From positions 1 through 37,474 of the forward strand of contig QIKK01000083.1 of NCBI GenBank assembly GCA_003231925.1: a DNA stretch of 37,474 bases, in the 5' to 3' direction. The notes under the pieces are model-generated. The model did not search any database. It worked only from the letters and a program-made list of their open reading frames with translations, and was not told the origin of the DNA. Position numbers and translations under genes: made by a program. Of the stretch, positions 34,367 through 37,474 are shown piece after piece; the first letter of the stretch is position 1; every line of letters starts with the position of its first letter. Source of the stretch: Candidatus Saccharimonadota bacterium (GTDB lineage: Bacteria; Patescibacteriota; Saccharimonadia; Saccharimonadales; SZUA-47).

Positions 34367-35893
34367 TTAAAAATCTTTATCATCTTTAATAAATGCCACA
34401 CCTTTATATCTTATACCATCTACTCTTCGTTCTTTTTTTATGATTGCATTTTTATCCTTGGATAACCTTGTTAATTCTCTACTAAATCTAGAACTGGATA
34501 CATGGTGTACACCATTATTCTTACACCATTTTATGTATCCTGTTGGATTAAAATTATCATAGTTACCATATAATTCACTTAGTGAATACTCATTATCTTT
34601 ATCTACAACAAATATTTCTCTATCAAGTAAGTATCTTAATATAGAATTATTGGATATAATATTTTCTTCTCTTTCTGTTTTAGATTCATCTGTTATATAG
34701 AATTCATTATCTTTTATAATTTCTTTAAGCCCTATAATTGCCCAATTAAGAATACCACTTGCTTCTTCAGCAAGTAATTTATCCTCATAACAATCAATAC
34801 GTTCTTTTTGTGGAAATTGATAGTCAAATGGTATTACTATCATTCTTTCATTCATCCCTTGTCCGTCTGTAATTTGTGGTAAATCATTACAAGCAATTAC
34901 GAAGTGCGTTGTTACTTTATATGAATATGGGGGTTTGTATTTTTTATTGATTGTTATAGTTCCCTCTGCTGACATATTTGTAAGATTTGCTGATGAAAGA
35001 TACTTATTGTTTATCTCATCAGAGAAATTTAACTGTTTACCTTCTATGGTTGGTAATTTTGAGGAATTTTCTGACGAAAGGTCTTGAAGTGAAAGAAATG
35101 AGGTGTTTTTTGTACCTATAAGTCCAACAAGTATCCTTACTGTTGTTGATTTTCCATTCCTCGCTGTATCCCCAAAAAGATAAAATACTTTATGCTTTGA
35201 ATTGCCTCTGTTAAGCACATACCCAAACATTTGTTGTAACATTCTTACAGTTCCCACATTGCCAGCAGATACTTTTTCTATATGTGCTAAAAAATGTTTA
35301 GGTATTGATACATTAGGATTGTACTCGTACGGTACTTGCACTGTTGAAAATATATCTGGTGTATGTTTTTTTGTTTTTAGAGTTTTTATGTCAAGGAGGG
35401 TATTTTTGAGATTAAGATATTTTATATCAACATCTTTTGTTGTGACTTTTCTTCTTAAGTGGCTTAAGTTATTTTTTACCATACCAACTGCATCCTTTAT
35501 TTTTCGTACTGATGTTCTTTCATCAAGAAGTCCGTTGCGTATAAATGTTTTATCCATCATTGCTTCTACTTCTACGTCTGGTATAGGATAATATACACCA
35601 TCTTTGTAATTATAAATTGTAAGGTTCTCTTCTTGTTGATAAAGTTTTAGATATGGGTATTTTTCTAAAAACAGTTGGTCTATTTTTGACATAATTTCTT
35701 TTTTTTGATTTTGTTGTATAAGCATACCCGCATTTTGTGCATTTTGTATGCGCATTGCATTGATGATTGCTGTTACTTTTTCTTCTGGAATATTCTCATG
35801 TTTTGCTATAATTGTAGCTGTATTTTTAGGATATATTTTTATATGTTCACGTACACGATACCGCATTTGCGATAATGTTAATTCTTTAGTCAT
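34367..35893 (-). CDS. SF3 helicase / P4-D5-type primase C-terminal protein
   Basis: Walker A GDTARNGKST and Walker B QLNFSDE. 508 aa, overlapping the prim-pol gene. Confidence 0.8.
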   Translation of the reverse strand: MTKELTLSQMRYRVREHIKIYPKNTATIIAKHENIPEEKVTAIINAMRIQNAQNAGMLIQQNQKKEIMSKIDQLFLEKYPYLKLYQQEENLTIYNYKDGVYYPIPDVEVEAMMDKTFIRNGLLDERTSVRKIKDAVGMVKNNLSHLRRKVTTKDVDIKYLNLKNTLLDIKTLKTKKHTPDIFSTVQVPYEYNPNVSIPKHFLAHIEKVSAGNVGTVRMLQQMFGYVLNRGNSKHKVFYLFGDTARNGKSTTVRILVGLIGTKNTSFLSLQDLSSENSSKLPTIEGKQLNFSDEINNKYLSSANLTNMSAEGTITINKKYKPPYSYKVTTHFVIACNDLPQITDGQGMNERMIVIPFDYQFPQKERIDCYEDKLLAEEASGILNWAIIGLKEIIKDNEFYITDESKTEREENIISNNSILRYLLDREIFVVDKDNEYSLSELYGNYDNFNPTGYIKWCKNNGVHHVSSSRFSRELTRLSKDKNAIIKKERRVDGIRYKGVAFIKDDKDF

Positions 35894-36794
35894 GATTGTT
35901 TAGATTAAACGAACTCATAACAAGATGTTGTGCAGCTTTTTTATAATCTTCATTATGGCTAAGAAGAGTATATAAATTAAATTTTGTATATCCTTTTTTA
36001 GGAATTATCGGTGATACTGAAGATGAGTAGCAAAAAAATAAATCATAATCATGATAGTTTGTTGATGCTGATATACCACCTCTTTTATCTTTATTCGGGC
36101 GTACCCAGTAAGTTGTAGGCTCTTTTTTATAAGCTATCTGCCAACCATGTGGTAATAATATTTGTTCCCATGTTGCGAGTGTGTTTAAAATATCTCCGGG
36201 ACGTGTTGAATTAAGATTGAGTGGAGTTGCTTTTGGTTTGTAGTCTAGTTGTATGTTAGAACTTTTTGCAACGTCTGCTGTCAATTGGTCTAGAACTTTA
36301 TCTAATAATTCTTGAGGTATATCTATAATTGGTTTATCTTTTGCTATTTCATAAGTACCTTTTCCAAAATCTGATGGTGGTGCAAAAAGAAGTGAATTGT
36401 TTGTTTGTAGGTCTATATTTTTTAATATTCCTTTACCTGAATGAATGATGTCTGACAACTTTTCTGTATATTTAAAATATACGTGATGTCCTCCTGATGG
36501 TGTTTTTATTGTAAATGTATCTACATCTAAAAACAATTGGTGGTGCGGATTTTCGTTGTTGTGTTTATATGAATCAAGATCAAAAACTATTATATTTGAA
36601 ATTTTACCTGCGACTGTTGCATAATTTTGATAAGGTTTATTAAGCCAATTTTTTATTTCTTTATCTGTTGGCTTTCTCTTTGTATATTCTTTCCAAGGCG
36701 TTACAACTTTCTTTTTATTACTTCCGGTATTAAAAAAAGAAAACCCATTACGTTTGTAACGCATGAGCATTTTTATAACTTGTATTTTTTCCAT
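35886..36794 (-). CDS. bifunctional primase-polymerase (AEP prim-pol) domain protein
   Basis: IVFDLDSYK (DxD) and TPSGGHHVYFKY motifs. Confidence 0.75.
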   Translation of the reverse strand: MEKIQVIKMLMRYKRNGFSFFNTGSNKKKVVTPWKEYTKRKPTDKEIKNWLNKPYQNYATVAGKISNIIVFDLDSYKHNNENPHHQLFLDVDTFTIKTPSGGHHVYFKYTEKLSDIIHSGKGILKNIDLQTNNSLLFAPPSDFGKGTYEIAKDKPIIDIPQELLDKVLDQLTADVAKSSNIQLDYKPKATPLNLNSTRPGDILNTLATWEQILLPHGWQIAYKKEPTTYWVRPNKDKRGGISASTNYHDYDLFFCYSSSVSPIIPKKGYTKFNLYTLLSHNEDYKKAAQHLVMSSFNLNNHD

Positions 36795-36942
36795 AGCGTA
36801 CTTTTAAGCTACTAATGAATTTATAATAGCATACAAAATTAATATGTGATACTATCTAGTTAGTGTGTTTTTAACATGCTACTAACTAAATCAGCATCTT
36901 TTTGACCTTTTTGCGTCATTTGGGTGCTTTTTTAGTATTTTA

Positions 36943-36984
36943 TGTAGGATAATATGGCTAAGAATATGGCTCCTGTAGGATAAT
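36943..36984 (+). repeat. 42-nt origin-like repeat, forward copy
   Basis: tgtaggataatatggctaagaatatggctcctgtaggataat. Its exact reverse complement is at 37190..37231. Confidence 0.95.
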
Positions 36985-37077
36985 GTATGATACATGTAGG
37001 ATAATATGGCTCAACTAAGCCATAATGTAGGAAATGTAGGAAAAAAAGTGTATTGTCTTTATATAGGTATAGGTATA

Positions 37078-37093
37078 CCCCCCCTCCCCCCCC
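37078..37093 (+). other. C7-T-C8 tract flanked by GGTATA/TATACC
   Basis: Read directly. It is followed by an AT-only block at about 37101..37130. Confidence 0.95.
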
Positions 37094-37136
37094 TATACCC
37101 TTTTTATATATATACTTTTTTTTAAAAAAGATACTA

Positions 37137-37178
37137 CATTACCTACAGGAGCCATATTCTTAGCCATATTATCCTACA
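37137..37178 (-). repeat. origin-like repeat, reverse copy 1 (one-base deletion at the outer end)
   Basis: cctacaggagccatattcttagccatattatcctaca. Confidence 0.9.
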
Positions 37179-37189
37179 TGGTGTTTTTA

Positions 37190-37231
37190 ATTATCCTACA
37201 GGAGCCATATTCTTAGCCATATTATCCTACA
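37190..37231 (-). repeat. origin-like repeat, reverse copy 2 (perfect)
   Basis: attatcctacaggagccatattcttagccatattatcctaca. Confidence 0.95.
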
Positions 37232-37246
37232 TTAGATAATAATTTT

Positions 37247-37449
37247 GTTACGGGTATAAGAGATTTAACCCGTAAACACCCGTAAACACCCGTAAACATT
37301 TTTTTTAAAGTACCCGTAAACAAATGTCATATTATATGGCTTAAAATATAAAAATGTTTACGGGTGTTTACGGGTAAAAAAAGGTACCCGTAACATGTTT
37401 TTATGGCTCTGTTTAGCTGTATAATTCATTTATGTTACGGGTTACGGGT
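37247..37449. promoter_or_regulatory. cluster of CCCGTAA(A)C iterons in both orientations
   Basis: Forward copies start at 37268, 37278, 37288, 37312 and 37386. Reverse copies start at 37247, 37356, 37366, 37434 and 37442. Confidence 0.8.
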
Positions 37450-37474
37450 ATATTCTTAATAACTTATCTATAAT
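37447..37474. repeat. 28-nt terminal direct repeat (partner of 1..28)
   Basis: Identical to 1..28. Confidence 0.9.

Noticed and set aside
1-37474. Alternative genetic code (TGA or TAG recoding)
   Set aside because: TGA, TAA and TAG all terminate well-supported genes, and long ORFs are uninterrupted under the standard code. Reading TGA as sense does not rescue the methyltransferase frame, because a TAA follows within 7 codons.
1-37474. Lysogeny module, tRNA genes
   Set aside because: I saw no integrase- or repressor-like ORF and no cloverleaf-like GC-rich segment by eye. tRNA absence cannot be proven without a tRNA scanner.

Overview
The window holds one complete, AT-rich tailed-phage (Caudoviricetes) genome. 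The first 28 nt are identical to the last 28 nt, so the unique unit is 37446 bp, either circularly closed or terminally redundant.

Layout:
- A rightward arm (about 224..25177) carries terS, terL, portal, scaffold, major capsid, a long run of virion, fibre and internal proteins, and a lysis cassette.
- A leftward arm (36794..25220) carries replication and early genes: prim-pol, SF3 primase-helicase, a PD-(D/E)XK nuclease, an SSB-like protein, VRR-NUC, an HNH endonuclease, two DNA methyltransferases and many small ORFs.
- The arms converge on a bidirectional hairpin terminator (25181..25211).
- They diverge from a roughly 840-bp non-coding control region that spans the window junction (36795..37474 plus 1..223). 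It is packed with two families of repeats, a C7TC8 tract and an AT-rich block.

I recognised no integrase, repressor, DNA polymerase, RNA polymerase, tRNA or CRISPR array. The standard genetic code fits.

Most notable observations:
1. A methyltransferase locus is broken exactly at its DPPY motif and contains an HNH endonuclease gene between two 5' gene copies.
2. The major capsid reading frame has 102 upstream coding-like codons and no ATG, GTG or TTG start.
3. The control region has origin-like and cos/pac-like repeat architecture.
4. A CXX-repeat cysteine-rich gene is bracketed by 76-bp direct repeats.
5. An 18-bp tandem array reiterates the stop codon of the nuclease gene.

All functional calls rest on motifs read by eye plus synteny. 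No database search was possible.
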